Shown one piece after another: positions 1-12,862 of a stretch of 64,000 bases of DNA. Location: the NCBI GenBank assembly GCA_035084275.1, contig CM068745.1, positions 58,094,001 through 58,158,000 on the forward strand, given 5' to 3'. Every line of letters begins with the position of its first letter. The first letter of the stretch is position 1. A model generated the notes under the pieces. The model did no database searches. It had not been told where the DNA came from and worked only from the letters and a program-made list of their open reading frames with translations. The stretch is from Hydrolagus colliei. Its lineage: Eukaryota. Made by a program: the position numbers and the translations under genes.

Positions 1-695
1 ATCACCTTAATTATGTTTTAATTATAAAAGCAAAAAGCTCTGACTATCGATTTATAAGATTAATCATGTCAATCCCTACCTGCAACAGGTAGCCAGGCAT
101 ATCATCCTTCATTTGTTAGCTCTACATCAAACCAGAACAGGAAGCAATTTCTCGAGAGGTCACAAAGCAATGAACAACCCTTATAAGATCAAATAGACAC
201 ATGGTTGGTGGGGGGCGAAGGGAATCTATTAACCATCACCCTATCAATAAGATCATGTTATTTTATTCTGAGTAAATTGAGAGGAATCATATGCAACAAT
301 GCATGCATGCAAAGGCTTGTTATATATTTTGCAGTCATGAATTCATAAATTTCACAGTACATCTGGTTTTAGGGGCCATTTGGGCTTTATTTAGGACACC
401 AAATTTGTTTGGAATGAATACATTGAAAGTGAAACTAAAGCATAATTAAAACAATGTGTCAGGAGAATTCCACTAATTGTTAGCTCCCAGTATTTAATTC
501 CAGGTACAGTCAACCAGCCCATAGGCGAGAAATATTTTCAGGAATTAATTTTATTTTCCCCAATAAAGGGAATTATTTATAGTAGATAAAGTCTCAATAG
601 TGAATGGAAAAACTAAAAGGAGAGTCAAACCCTGAAACTTTCTTTTTATATGTCTATATGTAATATATTATGTATTATATAGTACCACCACTATT

Positions 696-1192
696 ACAAC
701 AACAATAACTTCAATTTATAAAGCACCCTCCACACTAGACTTAAAAGCGTCTCAGAGCGCTTCACAATAACAGATCCCGGGGGCGAGCCAGGGTGTGAAA
801 GATGGCCAAAGGCGCGGTCGAAGAGAAAGAAAGGTCTTTAGCTGAGACCTGAAACTGGGAAGAGACCGGGAGAGGCGAAGGGAGTGAGGAAAGGAGTTCT
901 TAGAGCCTTGGGGCGTAGTGGCTGAGTGCACGGCCACCGAGGGTGGAGCAGAGGAATCGGGGGACAAAGTGGAGACCAGACCCGTGGAGCGAAGACAACG
1001 GGTGCTGGCTTGAGGAGAGAAGAGGTCGGAGAGGTAGGGGGGTGCAAAGGAGTGGAGGGATTTGACAACAAGGGTGAGGATCTTGTAATCGATCCTTTCC
1101 AGGACAGAGAGCCAGTGAAATCTGGCAAGGACTGGGATAATGGGGGAACGAAGTTTAGTGCGGGTGAGAATGCGAGCGACAGAGTTTTGATA
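696..1192 (-). mobile_element. L2-clade LINE 3' fragment (subfamily A)
   Basis: (CAA)n tail on + strand and 3' UTR motif GAGGGTGCTTTATAAATTGAAGTT; near-identical in layout to the copy at 32945-33905, which encodes LARLHWL..RIDFKIL. Confidence 0.9.
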
Positions 1193-1518
1193 TGGTTTTG
1201 ATATTATTTAATACAGTTGTTTCTCTATTACCACAGTTGCTACGCCACAACAATGAATATCCTTACATGATCAACATCAGAAATCAAGGACAAAGGAACA
1301 ATGAGTCACTGACAGTACTTAAAACAGAGAGAATTCCCTCCCTGGAAAATTAAATTGATTAAAAAACAAATTTGATAGATATCTGGTTACACCTTTAAGG
1401 TTCTGATTTCATCTTGGGATTCAGGCAATGGTTATAAGCCTGAAGCTACACTTTAATGTTTTGTAACCGAGCAGGTTACAAAACATGCAGAGATAATGGA
1501 GCAACTCACTGTTTTCTG

Positions 1519-1634
1519 TAATAATAATAATAATAATTCTTGCATTTGGTATGGCACTTTCCACGTCTTCTAGATGTTCCAAAGTGCTTCACAGAATCTA
1601 CTATAAAGTGAATTGACTATATTTTGGGGTGAAA
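1519..1634 (-). mobile_element. 3' tail of tRNA-headed SINE
   Basis: (TAA)n tail plus reverse complement of CAATTCACTTTA..TTCTGTGAAGCACTTTG..AAATGCAAG, shared with full SINE copies. Confidence 0.8.
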
Positions 1635-2677
1635 GAATACACAAATTAATAACATTTTTAGTGGTCTGGCAGCTTGGCATCATTGCAAATTGTTTCTTTC
1701 CATTTCAAAGATACATTGGTTAAAAGTAAAGATTTTTTAACAAAAAAAAGTGGCAGTATATTTGTTCATTTTACGAAAACCGATTGGTACATGAATACTC
1801 TGAAACACAATTGCAATTCTTCAAACTGATAACACGCACTATTTAATTAACTGAAATTATACACCCCAACTCATAAACAGCACATGTTTATTGAAGGAAT
1901 GTGTGTATATGTGAAGTATGTATGTGTGCACACATGCGTGCACACACAAACACAGAAGCAGAGAGGAGGGAATATCTTTAGAATTAAATTGTATGCAATA
2001 TAGGGATGGAAAACCATCACTTTCATTGGAATATAGAACACTCCTTTAGATTTTCATTGTAATAGTTACCAATTGCTGCTGAAGCTCTTTGATTTTTTTA
2101 ATGTTAAATTAGTCATAAATAGTGGCAATTTCATGCAATTGTTGCTCTTAAGTGCTAGTTTACAAATACTAGTGATGTCAAATGGGCATAGACTGTAGGT
2201 GAAGCTCAAACACTTTGCAGCACATTGTTAAACTGATAGCTCAGTGGCTGACCTCTTGTTCACATTCTAGAGGGAAAAATCCCAGTTATTTGTTGATAAA
2301 GATCGCGCAAATCAGTTAAATCTGTTGGCATTGGATAAAGGTGGAACCTCCTTCTTATACACTGTAAAGTTCACCAATAGTAACTATACACTTTCAGATT
2401 TGTAGTGGAGGAAGCCTCTTTTAAGGAAAGCACACAGTATTACTGGCTTCAATTTCACAGTTTTATTGTAGTGATTTAATCTTTTTTGTATTGGGAACTG
2501 AAATATAATTCAGATTTAATGTTCCTTGACTATACAATCCAAATATTTGCAAGCAATGTGAAACCATCACAGCCAAAGCAATCCAATACTAGAGTTTCAG
2601 TGTAAACTTGAACATCTTGCAGTATGCTTCTCACTAAAAGTAACTTTCTCAATTATTCCAACGTCTGGGTATTCATT

Positions 2678-3100
2678 TAAACTTGCATTTATATTCACCC
2701 CTCACACATGGTAGCATCCAGAGCGCTTGACAGTGGCGAAGCACAACCCCAAGCTGGGAAGAAAGGAAGGTGACCATAGGCACATTTAAAGAGGAAGGTC
2801 TTCAGATCCAATCTGAAGATGGGGAAGGAAGGGAGGAGTGTTCCAGAGTTTTGGGGTGCAGTGGTTGGAAGCGTGGCAACCGATGGTGGAATGTAGGGCA
2901 CAAGGGACATGCAGAATATCGGGAGTTAGTCGAGTAGAAATAGTGGGTTGTGGTAAGCAGGTCGAAGAGATATGCAGGTGGCAAAGTATGAAGAGATTTT
3001 AAAATAAGTTTAGGATCTTGAAATAAGAGGATCTTGAAATCAATCCTTTTGGCAATCGGGAGCCAGTGGAGCATGGCTAGAACTGGTGTGGTGGATGTAT
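2678..3100 (-). mobile_element. L2 LINE 3' fragment
   Basis: ORF track shows TPVLAMLHWLPIAKRIDFKILL, typical of the L2 ORF2 C-terminus. Confidence 0.85.
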
Positions 3101-3231
3101 GGTGTTTAGTGCACACATGGGTAGTACTTTGCTTTCTCCAAGTACAGAGAATCCAATTAGACCTTGGTGCCATACTTAGGCAACCATTCTTAGGCAACAT
3201 TTTACGAGAATCTACAACATAATCGGAGAAC

Positions 3232-3465
3232 TTAACAGCAAACAACAACAATTTACATTTGTATAGCACCTTTCACGTCAGGACTGGACAATCATGAATC
3301 TACACCCCAACAGGTGGTTGGGATCAGATGGTTCGGGTGGAGAGCGGAGAGCGCAGGGGTAGGAGGGTAACTGATGACATGATCAAAGAGGAGGGTCTTG
3401 AGACATGTCTTGAAGCAGGCAAAGGAAACGGCGAGGCGGAGTGACTGTGGGATGGAATTCCAATA
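3232..3465 (-). mobile_element. L2 LINE 3' end (subfamily B)
   Basis: (CAA)n tail, GTGAAAGGTGCTATACAAATGTAA motif, WNSIPQSLRLAVSFACFKTCLKT. Confidence 0.85.
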
Positions 3466-4786
3466 TGATCTTGGTAAGAATTGAAACCTTAACTGCAACA
3501 GTGTGATATTTGAACCATTTTTCAGCATGCTATTGTTTTACAGTTATTCCCTGGATACAACATGAGACAGTCTATCTATATCCTGCAACTAGCTGATTTG
3601 AGGCAGGAGACAATAGCCACAAGAGCCCAACACCAGGTTAAATGAGCAAATCACGGACACAGCATAATTAATTTCTCACCGTTCAACATGTGTAGAATGC
3701 TTTTGTTTAAATGCTTTCATTTTAATTCATTTCATGTTTTATTTTTTGTAGACCCAATGATGTCTTCCATTTATGGAAGAAATGTTTCATAAATCAAATG
3801 CCTTCTTCCGGCTGAACTTTTGTACCAGAATATTCCCATCCTAATTCCTCACACAGGCCCAATTGTCTTGGCTGCAATAAGCTTGTGATAAAAATGCACC
3901 AGTAATTTGAAATGCTCCATTTATTCCATTGAAATATGTATTTTCACCTTTGATTTCTTATGTTTGACAAATACAGTTCATGCACAAACCAGCTGTTGCA
4001 AAGTTTTTCTCATCAGGATAATGTTTACCATAGTTAATGGTTACTCTCTCAAAACAGTAATAATATTCAGCATCTCATTGTCCTTTATAGCACAAGGAAC
4101 ACTGAAATAACTCATATTCTGACAAGGATCTACTTCAACAGGTTACCCTTATTGCTGTATGCAAGCTATTAAACCACGAGGAAATAGGTTACTGTGGAAT
4201 TGTTTTTAAAGAATGTGTTGTGGTTTCAGGAAATATATAAGAATGACCCGAAGAATGTACATTAAAAACCTCAGAATGAGAACATTATAAAGTTACAGGA
4301 ACAGGTGTCGTTCAATTTTTGGGGGAATTTTCACTTAAATTCCCTTAAATTAATGTGAAAAACTTATGCACAATATCAGTCAGATACGAAGATGATTGGA
4401 CTACATTGATAGTATTGTACTGTAAACAGGGAAGAGTCACGCAATGTCTGGCAAGGCCAAAATTGGAACATTGGATACAGCTTTGGGTAACTTGACATTC
4501 AAAGATCGATTCAGCTAAAGAAGGTCCTTCAGCCCCATTTGATTTAATCTTGCTTGAAATCTTGAACTACCATCTTCTCATCACCGCACAAAGCATTTTT
4601 CGAATAAAATGCAGTATTATGTACTACAAGCTGAATATTTAAAAATATATTCAACAGTGATTTTAACAAACATTACATTTACATTGCTGGTATTCTCAAA
4701 GGGGAATATTATACTGTACCCACTACATAGTTTGACACAAACTAAACAACTTGGAAAAATGGCTGGTTTAACTGTCAATTCAATCA

Positions 4787-6265
4787 TTCATAGAATCGTA
4801 CAATTTTACAGCACAAAAGAAGACCATTCGGCCCACCGTGTCTGTGCCGGGTCTTGGAAAAGAGTCATTCAAAGTCAATCACACCCCCAGCTCTCTTCCC
4901 ATAACAACAACAATAACATTTAATTTGTATATCACTTTTCATGTCAGGAGTATGTCCCAAGGAGCTGGACAGTCATTGTTTCAGATCCGAGCTGGGGTCG
5001 GGAATGGGGAGGATGGAGGGCAAGGGGGGATTTCGGGTGACCGTCAAAAAGGAGGGTCTTGAGGTGGGACCTGAAGGAGGCTAGGGAGGGGTAAGGTGGA
5101 GGGACTGCGGGATGGAGTTCCAGAGGTTGGGGGCAGACAGGCTGAAGGCTCGCCTGCCAATGGTGGGGCGGGAGGGTCAGAGAATGAGTAGCAGGCCAGA
5201 GCCTGTTGAGCGGAGGGGGTAGGCAGGTTGATAGGGGGTTAGGAGGTCACAGATGTAGCGTGGGGCGAGGCCGTGGATTGCTTTGGATGTGAGGACCAGG
5301 ATCTTGAATTGGATCCTCTGGGTGATGGGGAGCCAATGGAGTCAGGTGAGGATGGGGGAGATGGGGTAATCGCTTGGAGAGTTCTGGATTATCCGTAACC
5401 TGAGGAGGGAGGAATTGGGAAGGCTGACAAGAAGGCTGACAAGCAGAGCTGGGATGTAATGAAGGCATGATTGAGGATTTCAGGGTCCTTTGGCGGTACG
5501 GTAATGGTGGAATCGGGCAATATTGTGGAGGTGAGGAAAGGCAGAGTGAATCATTGCTTGGATGTGGGGGAAGGAAAGACAGAAGAAAGAAAGACATAAC
5601 CCCGCAAACTTGTCCTCCCCAAATAACCATCCACCTCTCTTTTAAAAGTTGTTCTCAAATTGGCCTCCACCACCCTTTCAGGCAATGCATTCCAGATTCG
5701 AACTTCTCGCTGCGTGAAAAAAATTATCCTCATCTCCCCTCTGCTTTTTGTTTTAGAAACTATTTTAAATTTGTGACCTTGAATAACTGACACATCCACT
5801 AGTGGAAATAGTTTTTCCTTGTTTACCCTATCAAATCCCCTCATCAGTTTGAAAGCCTCTATTAGGTCTCCACGTCACCTTGTCTGTTCCAATAGAATAA
5901 TCCTAGCCTTTCATCATAACCAATGTCCCTCAGTCCTGGTGCTATCCTGGTAAGTCTCCTCTGTATCCTTTCCAATGCCTGAATATCCTTCCTAAAGTGT
6001 GGTACCCAGTACTGAACACAGTACTCTAGCTAAGAACTAACCAGCATTTTATAGAGGTTAATCATAACTTCCTGACTGTTGTATTCTATGCCCCTATTTA
6101 TAAAGCCTAGTATGCCGTATGCTTTTTTTCAAACAGCCTTATTTACCAGTCCTGCCACCTTCAAAGGTTTACTCCCAGGTCCATCTGTTCCTTCAACCCC
6201 CCCTTAAGATTGTACTATTTGCCTATCCTCATTCTTCCTCCCAAAATGCATCACCTCGCATTCCA
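4787..6265 (-). mobile_element. CR1 LINE 3' portion, interrupted by an L2
   Basis: ORF MRGFDRVNKEKLFPL..GHKFKI..FFTQREVRIWNALPERVVEA; 3' UTR matches the copy at 49449-50798. Confidence 0.9.
4906..5594 (-). mobile_element. L2 LINE inserted into the CR1 3' UTR
   Basis: (CAA)n tail; direct repeat CATAAC at 4900-4905 and 5595-5600. Confidence 0.88.
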
Positions 6266-6399
6266 TCCAAGTTTCTCCCTTGATTCATGTTTTGCTCAGG
6301 TTCTTATTACATTTATAAAAACTTTACTGTAGCATTGTAGGGACATCACCATTACTGTTCAAAATGCATATTCTATTAGTAGGTTTTGTTCCTCAGACA

Positions 6400-6660
6400 T
6401 CTGACATCACGTTGTTACAGGAGTGAAGTGCTCTCCTCTGTATTGCCTCTAAGGCCTATGGAGTCTCCTTATTTTGGTGACCAAATTGTTTGCACAACTC
6501 CAGGTTCATCCTTATGGGAGATTATATTGAGTATGACATCTGGGCACCTAAACTCAAATGATGTTGAAATGTATCCCAACATCCAGTTTGCTTTGTTTAC
6601 TCCTGCCTCAAACAGCTTCTCACTTTACTTCCTATACATAGCGCCTGGTAAAGTGAAGAA
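6400..6660 (-). mobile_element. Old CR1 ORF2 fragment
   Basis: Reverse strand reads AAAGCAAACTGGATGTTGGGATACATT...CCTGGAG...TTTGGTCACC...TTAGAGGCAATACAGAGGAGAGC, resembling the CR1 KAN.MLGYI / LE..QFWSP / LEA.QRRA motifs. Confidence 0.6.
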
Positions 6661-7059
6661 TCACTTCGGATTCTTTCAAACCATTGAACCTAATTTATCT
6701 TTATACCGTAGAAGCAGATTTGTGATGACTAGGCATTTGCAGGACTGGAAAACAACACTAAGACTGCATTTCATTTTACAGTCTTAGTGTGGTTTTGTGG
6801 TCCAGTGAATTTTGTTGGGTGAATATTTTATGAATTTACATGTAATTTTGTTTGATGCTATCGTTAATATCTGTGATTCAAAATGTAAAGTTAAATTTAA
6901 TGATGAATGAGTCATCAGCCTAGTTATAAAATATCACCTACTTCCATCTATTCAAAGACTTCCTATGGATGCAAAATCTAAACAGAAAAAAAAAGTCCCA
7001 GACAATGCAATAACAAAGTATTCCTAATGTCCTCACATTTCCATTGTCTACCACTCCAA

Positions 7060-7250
7060 GCTTCATGACCCCATCTCCCCCATCCTTGTCCGACTCCATT
7101 GGCTCTCCATCACCCAGAGGATTCAATTCAAGATCCTGGTGCTCACCTTCAAAGCCCTCCTAGTCCCTGCCCTACCTGACCTCTGCGACCACCTAAGCCC
7201 CAAACAATCTGCTCACCCCCTCCACTCGCCCCCTACTAAGATCCCACCAA
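7060..7250 (+). mobile_element. L2 fragment
   Basis: Reads HDPISPILVRLHWLSITQRIQFKILVLTFKAL. Confidence 0.8.
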
Positions 7251-8280
7251 CTGAAATGTCACTTTACAAGGAGATTGTAATGTCTGATATTCTCCGTAGC
7301 TAGTTTCAGGAGGGTAACACAAGTTCTCTGTCAGGCAATATTTGAATAGGAAGTCCCAAATCAATCAACAAACACAAGGAAAATATGTGCACCTTCAAAC
7401 ACCAAGTGGTTTGGGAGATACAGTGAAATCATTTGGTTAGCCACATAAAGCTTTAAAGTGACAGATTATAATGAGTGATGACTGAGACAAATTGTAGTAG
7501 ACACAATGAATTCTCCCAATCTAGGTATTTCACTACCAAACCCATTAATTAGCTTTACTTCAGATTTAACAAAAGTTTGCATTCAAGTTACTTTTAATAA
7601 AGAACAGGGTTTAATAGAATTTGGAAATCTGTTAAATTATGCAAATAAAGGGAACATAGCATCAATTTCACAGCTCCAGACATCTCAAATGGATTTGCAT
7701 GATATCGTGACTCGAAAAGCTCCAAAGAAATTTGCTTAAAAAATTACATTATATTAATTGTTAAAACAATAAGATATTGAATCACCATTGGTTAATGATT
7801 GCGTTTAGAATTTAATTAACAACTCACGTTCCTAGGCTCAGTAGTCGGTCAAACCTTGGAAACTAATTTTAAACATAGTCTTTAACCCAGTCATTCTGGA
7901 TCATCCTACATTTCAGAGAGAAATCTGTTGTGGCTATGCTTGGTTTTGAAACTAACAGCAGGATTCTGCAATTGAATAATGTGATTCAAACTGAAGAGAT
8001 ATTGGATGACATGATTTACTGTGAAATGACAATCTTGTTTCACAATCTACAGAATGTAAAGTCAGTAATACATTATGGGAGCTTGGACAATATCATCAAC
8101 TGTTCAAATAAAGCTCAAGCAGTTCATCACCTGAACCCTAAGATGTGGGTTATGCTTTGGAATTGCAGTTTGGAATATTCTTCAGTGATTTAAATTAATG
8201 GATAAATTAATTCAATTGTTTAACAAAAAAACAATGCCAGTGAGCATGCCAGCAAAGACTCGTGCAGAGCAGACTGCTAT

Positions 8281-8460
8281 TACAACAGCAAAATTACATT
8301 TGTATAGTGCCTTTCACATCGGGAGGATGTCCCAAGGTGCTGGACTGTCAGTGTTTCGGATCCTACCTGGAGTCGGGTTCATTGAGGGTGGAGGGAAGGA
8401 TGGGGGAAAGGGGGCTACCAATAGCATGGTTGAAGAAGAGGGTCTTGAGGCGGGACTTTT
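8281..8460 (-). mobile_element. L2 3' end (subfamily B)
   Basis: ACAACAGCAAAATTACATTTGTATAGTGCCTTTCACATCGGGAGGATGTCCCAAGG tail motif. Confidence 0.85.
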
Positions 8461-9100
8461 TGTACATGTAAAATACTGAGGGCAAATACGGAAGCCATAG
8501 CTTGACTTACAGTGCTGCAAATGGGTTTACTCCTGGTAAAATATTTTGGTGAAAGCCAATGAGCAACTCACTCAGAGTAAATTCCATTTTGAAAACAATG
8601 ACAAAGATTCCTATTTTTAGGCATTAGAAATATGTTAGATTTGATTGAGTGGATACATTGAAACTGCTATATTTATCTGCAGTTTTTAGAAATCCTCACA
8701 TGGTGCAAGTATAATTCATCTTCAACACACAGCCAGTAAATTGGATGATTAGGAATTCACTATATTAATCTTCCACATGGATCATTACAGTATAAATTAG
8801 TATTTTACGCTGCTGAAGAATGAATCGCTGAACTGTTGAAAATTTTACAATAAACCTATCAATGTTGGGATCTCTCCTTGGCCTTACTTGTTTTGGGGAT
8901 CAACATTTTGTCTGCTTCAAATCATCCTTGTTCCCAACTACCTGTTGTGCTTGACAACAATTTCAATACTTAGAAGAGGAGTTAGGGGATTTGAAGCTAA
9001 CAAGGACAGGCAGGAAAAAGGAGTACAGAAAGAAAGGACTTGGGATGTGAAACATTAGGCTCAGGACTCAGCATGACACCACAAATGTGTCAGTTACTGA

Positions 9101-9168
9101 CTTAAAGCGCTCTTAGATGCCGTCTGGCGTGGAGGGCGTTATATAAATTGAAGTTGTTGTTGTTGTTG
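9101..9168 (+). mobile_element. L2 tail-only insertion (subfamily A)
   Basis: GATGCCGTCTGGCGTGGAGGGCGTTATATAAATTGAAG(TTG)n. Confidence 0.8.
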
Positions 9169-10809
9169 CACCTGCCAAGCCATAAAGTGAACAAAACATA
9201 CTTCATAGCACCACTGATAACTGGCACAGCTTCAGAACATCGAATGAGGTAAAACAAGTTAAGTTCTACCTCAGCCTATTCTTTCCATAGTTAGTGCCCA
9301 GTCTAAACATACTAAATCCATCTGAAAACTCCCTGCTGAGCTAATGTATTTTTTAATATAATCACATACAATTTTTCCACTGATAACTACAGGGATTTAA
9401 GTAAGACTCATTTAAAACAGTCAACTTCAATGCAAACGTGTTCTTCATTTACACAGCAATTATCAAAACAACAATCTTTACATATGATTTAAGACCTCAT
9501 CACAGTTTTGAGACGTTATAATGCTCTTCACTGGAATTACTGTAATACAGTATGCAGTGAATATTTGTAGGCAATATCAATGTGCTGAAAGAAAAGGTGT
9601 GTTGCAGCACACATATGTTGCTGTATAATAAAAATCTGTTAACTAGTTACCATGCAATCTTGACAGGGCTGAAAATAAACTTTCTGGAGAGGAACACACA
9701 ATTTTCTGTACTTACTGAAACTCCCAGAAGCTCCACTTTTCTGGAGAGATTTTCTAGTTATGAATGTAGAAGACATGGATCCACCTATTTCTTGCTAAGT
9801 AGGTCACCCAAGCCTTTCAAGATAAACTACTGGGAGTAAGACAATCTGAACAGATTACTTTCCACTGTAAACTGCACAGAATATCTATTTACTATTTTGG
9901 TTAGGTGTGCTGTTTGTCTTTCAAATTGCTGTGCACCACTCACAAAAAATAAATTATATACAAAACAAATATAATTATATATGCCAAGAAAAAATGGCAC
10001 AGGAAAAATGATTCTCATAAATATTAAAACTGCCAAAATATTTTTAAAAGACCGATAATTTTTGCAACTTAAGGGCTCTGCATTCTGGAAATAATTAATA
10101 GATTACTGACACAATTATATTTAGTGAAGTTTTCCTCCATATAAATTGGGTCAAAATTGTGGAATTTCTAAATGCATTCCTTACTTCGGGAACATTATAA
10201 AGAATATCAGCCACCCCACTTATCACAAAGCTTCTTCCAGTTGAAACACAGTAAAAGGGATTTTAAAAATTCTGTGGGCCAAGTGTTTTCATCTTAGTTG
10301 AACAGATGACAGAAGTTATGGGCAACTAGATATATGTTTCATCATTAACCTGAGCACAAGAAAATTCTTCCTCATGAGATCAATAAATCCCGAGATTTTG
10401 GCAAGGGTACGATTTGTGTAATATTTCCTTCAGAAATTAGCTTACATTAAATAGAATAAATGCAAATTACATCTGTTCTAACCCTGTGGACCATATTTTG
10501 CGTTGGCAGTGTTTCAGTTAATTTGCTATTTGAAACATTCAAATCTGAAAATAATTGAACTTGCTAAAGTTTTCTAAGAAAGGCTGTACATGCTCATTGA
10601 AACAAAGGAGAAAAGCCAAAGGGACAGAGGTACCTGGTTCAGAAAGAACCATAAGAAAACATCTAGTCAGAAGTACCTGAAGTATAACTGAAATTATACA
10701 CCACCTCTAACGCTACTCAAATTGATGTCTTTCAAATAGCTAGCAAAATCACCTTTAAATTTGCTGACAGAATCTTCTCCCCAATGCTTCACTGAATAAT
10801 ATATTTGAT

Positions 10810-10975
10810 ACAAAAACAGAAGTTGCTGGGAAAACTCAGCTGGGAAAACTCAGCAGGAAAACTCAGCTGAGTTTTAGGAAAACTCAGCATCTATGGGGAA
10901 AGGAAAGTGAGTCAACATTTCGGGTCCACGACCCTTCGTCAGAACTGGGCTATGTTGGGAGGGAGAGGTTTTTAA
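10810..10975 (-). mobile_element. Penelope-like element terminal repeat fragment
   Basis: AAAACAGAAG..GCTGGGAAAACTCAGC..ATCTATGG..GAGTCAACATTTCGGGTCCACGACCCTTCGTCAGAACT; related copies at 29928, 36478 and 40437. Confidence 0.75.
10910..10946 (-). ncRNA. Minimal type I hammerhead ribozyme motif
   Basis: Minus strand AGUU-CUGACGA-A-GGGUC-GUG-GACCC-GAAA-UG-UU-GACU: core boxes present, helix II and helix I pair, helix III reduced. Confidence 0.6.
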
Positions 10976-11394
10976 GGACCTTAAGGAAGACAAAGGAGGC
11001 AAAGAAGACAAAGGAAGAAATGTGTTAATTGATGCGTTAAATTCTTTGTCCTGCCTCCCCCTCTCTAACTTTCCTTAAAAACTTCACCAAGATTCCGTAT
11101 ATATCTTGCCAGCCAAATAAAGTGCTATTATATTATAATTCAGCAATCCTATGTGGATAATGTTTGGGGGATTGCCACTTTGGCAAGTGAAGCTATAGTC
11201 TCTGTTACTGAATGGAAATGAAATCTTTTCTAAATATGGAATTTCTCCCCCCCTTCAGGAAACAAATTAATTTACACAGCAAAATATGAAACAGTTTTAT
11301 TAATTCATAAACTGCACATCCCTCATTTAAAATTCCTGCAGTCATTCACTTAATGGAATAGTGTATAGCAAGTTTTCTTTGACGAGCAACTCAA

Positions 11395-11495
11395 TATAAT
11401 CCTTGTATTTGATATATTCTGGATGTCTCAAAGCGCTTCACAGAATATACCGGTACTGAAAAGTGAATTGATTGTGTATTGTGAGCAAAACACCC
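11395..11495 (-). mobile_element. SINE 3' tail fragment
   Basis: AATCCTTGTATTTGATATA..TCTCAAAGCGCTTCACAGAATATAC..AAAGTGAATTGA. Confidence 0.75.
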
Positions 11496-12379
11496 ACATA
11501 GAGGGATTTGAAGCTCACAGCTTGCGACACAGGATGTGAGCGTGCCATTAGAGAAATTATTGCAAGCTATATTTATTTCTCATTTCCTCAGCCTAGTCTT
11601 GAATTCACACATTGCATCCACAATATCTTGACTTTGAAAATATTCCTCCCCATCTTTGCTTGACATTTGTTTTTGTATTGCCTACAACTAGTTTGCTGTT
11701 TATTTACTTACTATCAGAATACCTCAATGGAAATACCTCAGTAGAAATTTATGAGTTCTCAGACACAAGTGGAACACCAGGTAAATGTAAAAATAGGGTT
11801 GCGTCAAAGTAGCTTAAAGAAGTATCCCATCTATTAGCATAGGATAACATTTCAGCAGATCATTATCAGATATTTCCTGTATAATGAATCATATCCCCTT
11901 GATTTGTCCTGCAAGTCCTTGATCATTTCCTCAACATAAGACATTTCAAATGCAGGAAAAAAAATTAAAGCGAACATTTCCTGAAGCATAAAGAAATAGT
12001 ACCAAAGATTTCTTAAGCCTAAGATATTTCAGATGGTGCATACAAATTAATGCCTGTTCAGAACCTTAAAACAAAGCTTTCAGAATCAGGCAGAAAATAT
12101 AGGACTCCACAGAGATGGAGCATTATGGCTTTCCAGAAAATAAAATTCTACTTCCTAAACTATCCCAAAGTGAAAGCTTAGTGAGGCTAGTGGTCATGGT
12201 ATGTTTGCCTTTGAAATACAATTCAAAGCTTGCAAAAACGAACTATATTCCTTTATGGAAAGGAAAAAAAAAGCATCACATCTCTTCTAATGGCTTCTAA
12301 CCTCACCCCAGTCAGCAACTGCAGCATTTTTTCAGGACTCTATCTTCCTGAGTATCATCTGCAGACTTGAATCAGCTTC

Positions 12380-12610
12380 TAATGTTTACTGATGATACTC
12401 AATTTATAGCAACTATCAGATTGTTTGCCCGACAGATAATAAGTCCTGGATGAGCTTCAACTTTGTCCAGCTGAATAAAAGCAGTTATCTTGCTTGGCTC
12501 CTGCCAGTGTTTCCATACCTCGGACTCAAGACTTCCTAAATCTCACCTCCAGCTCACCAAGTCACTGTGCGCACACAATTCAAATTGTATTCCATCCTCA
12601 GTTATTTTAA
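12380..12610 (+). mobile_element. Degraded L2 RT fragment
   Basis: ATGTTTACTGATGATACTCAATTT (YADDTQL-like) and TCCTGGATGAGC..AACTTTGTCCAGCTGAAT (SWMS.NF.QLN). Confidence 0.55.
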
Positions 12611-12709
12611 CAAATCTTATATCCCTTGGTATTTAACTAAGTTGTTTCCTCATTGCCCCTTTATTCTTATCACTGGCACTGGGAGCACAGATTCTTCTCT
12701 CTCAGATCC

Positions 12710-12862
12710 AATTAACCCTACAAAGCATGAAACCAGTAGGGTGATCTTGCTGCACAAGCATTCGGAGAGAGGTTTCAATGGCAAACTATACAGGTTAGCT
12801 CCAGCTTCACCCAACATACTTAGGGGTCCACAAGCCTTAGCTCTTGGTCAACCCATGCCTAA
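12710..12862 (+). mobile_element. 3' region fragment of the RTE/RTEX-like family
   Basis: Shares AGGGTGAT...CAATGGCA...TTAGCTC...GGGGTCCACAAGCCTTAGCTCTTG with the reverse strand of 48715-48850. Confidence 0.55.

Noticed and set aside
6386-6787. 133-aa plus-strand ORF as a gene
   Set aside because: It is the antisense of an old CR1 fragment and has no recognisable domain.
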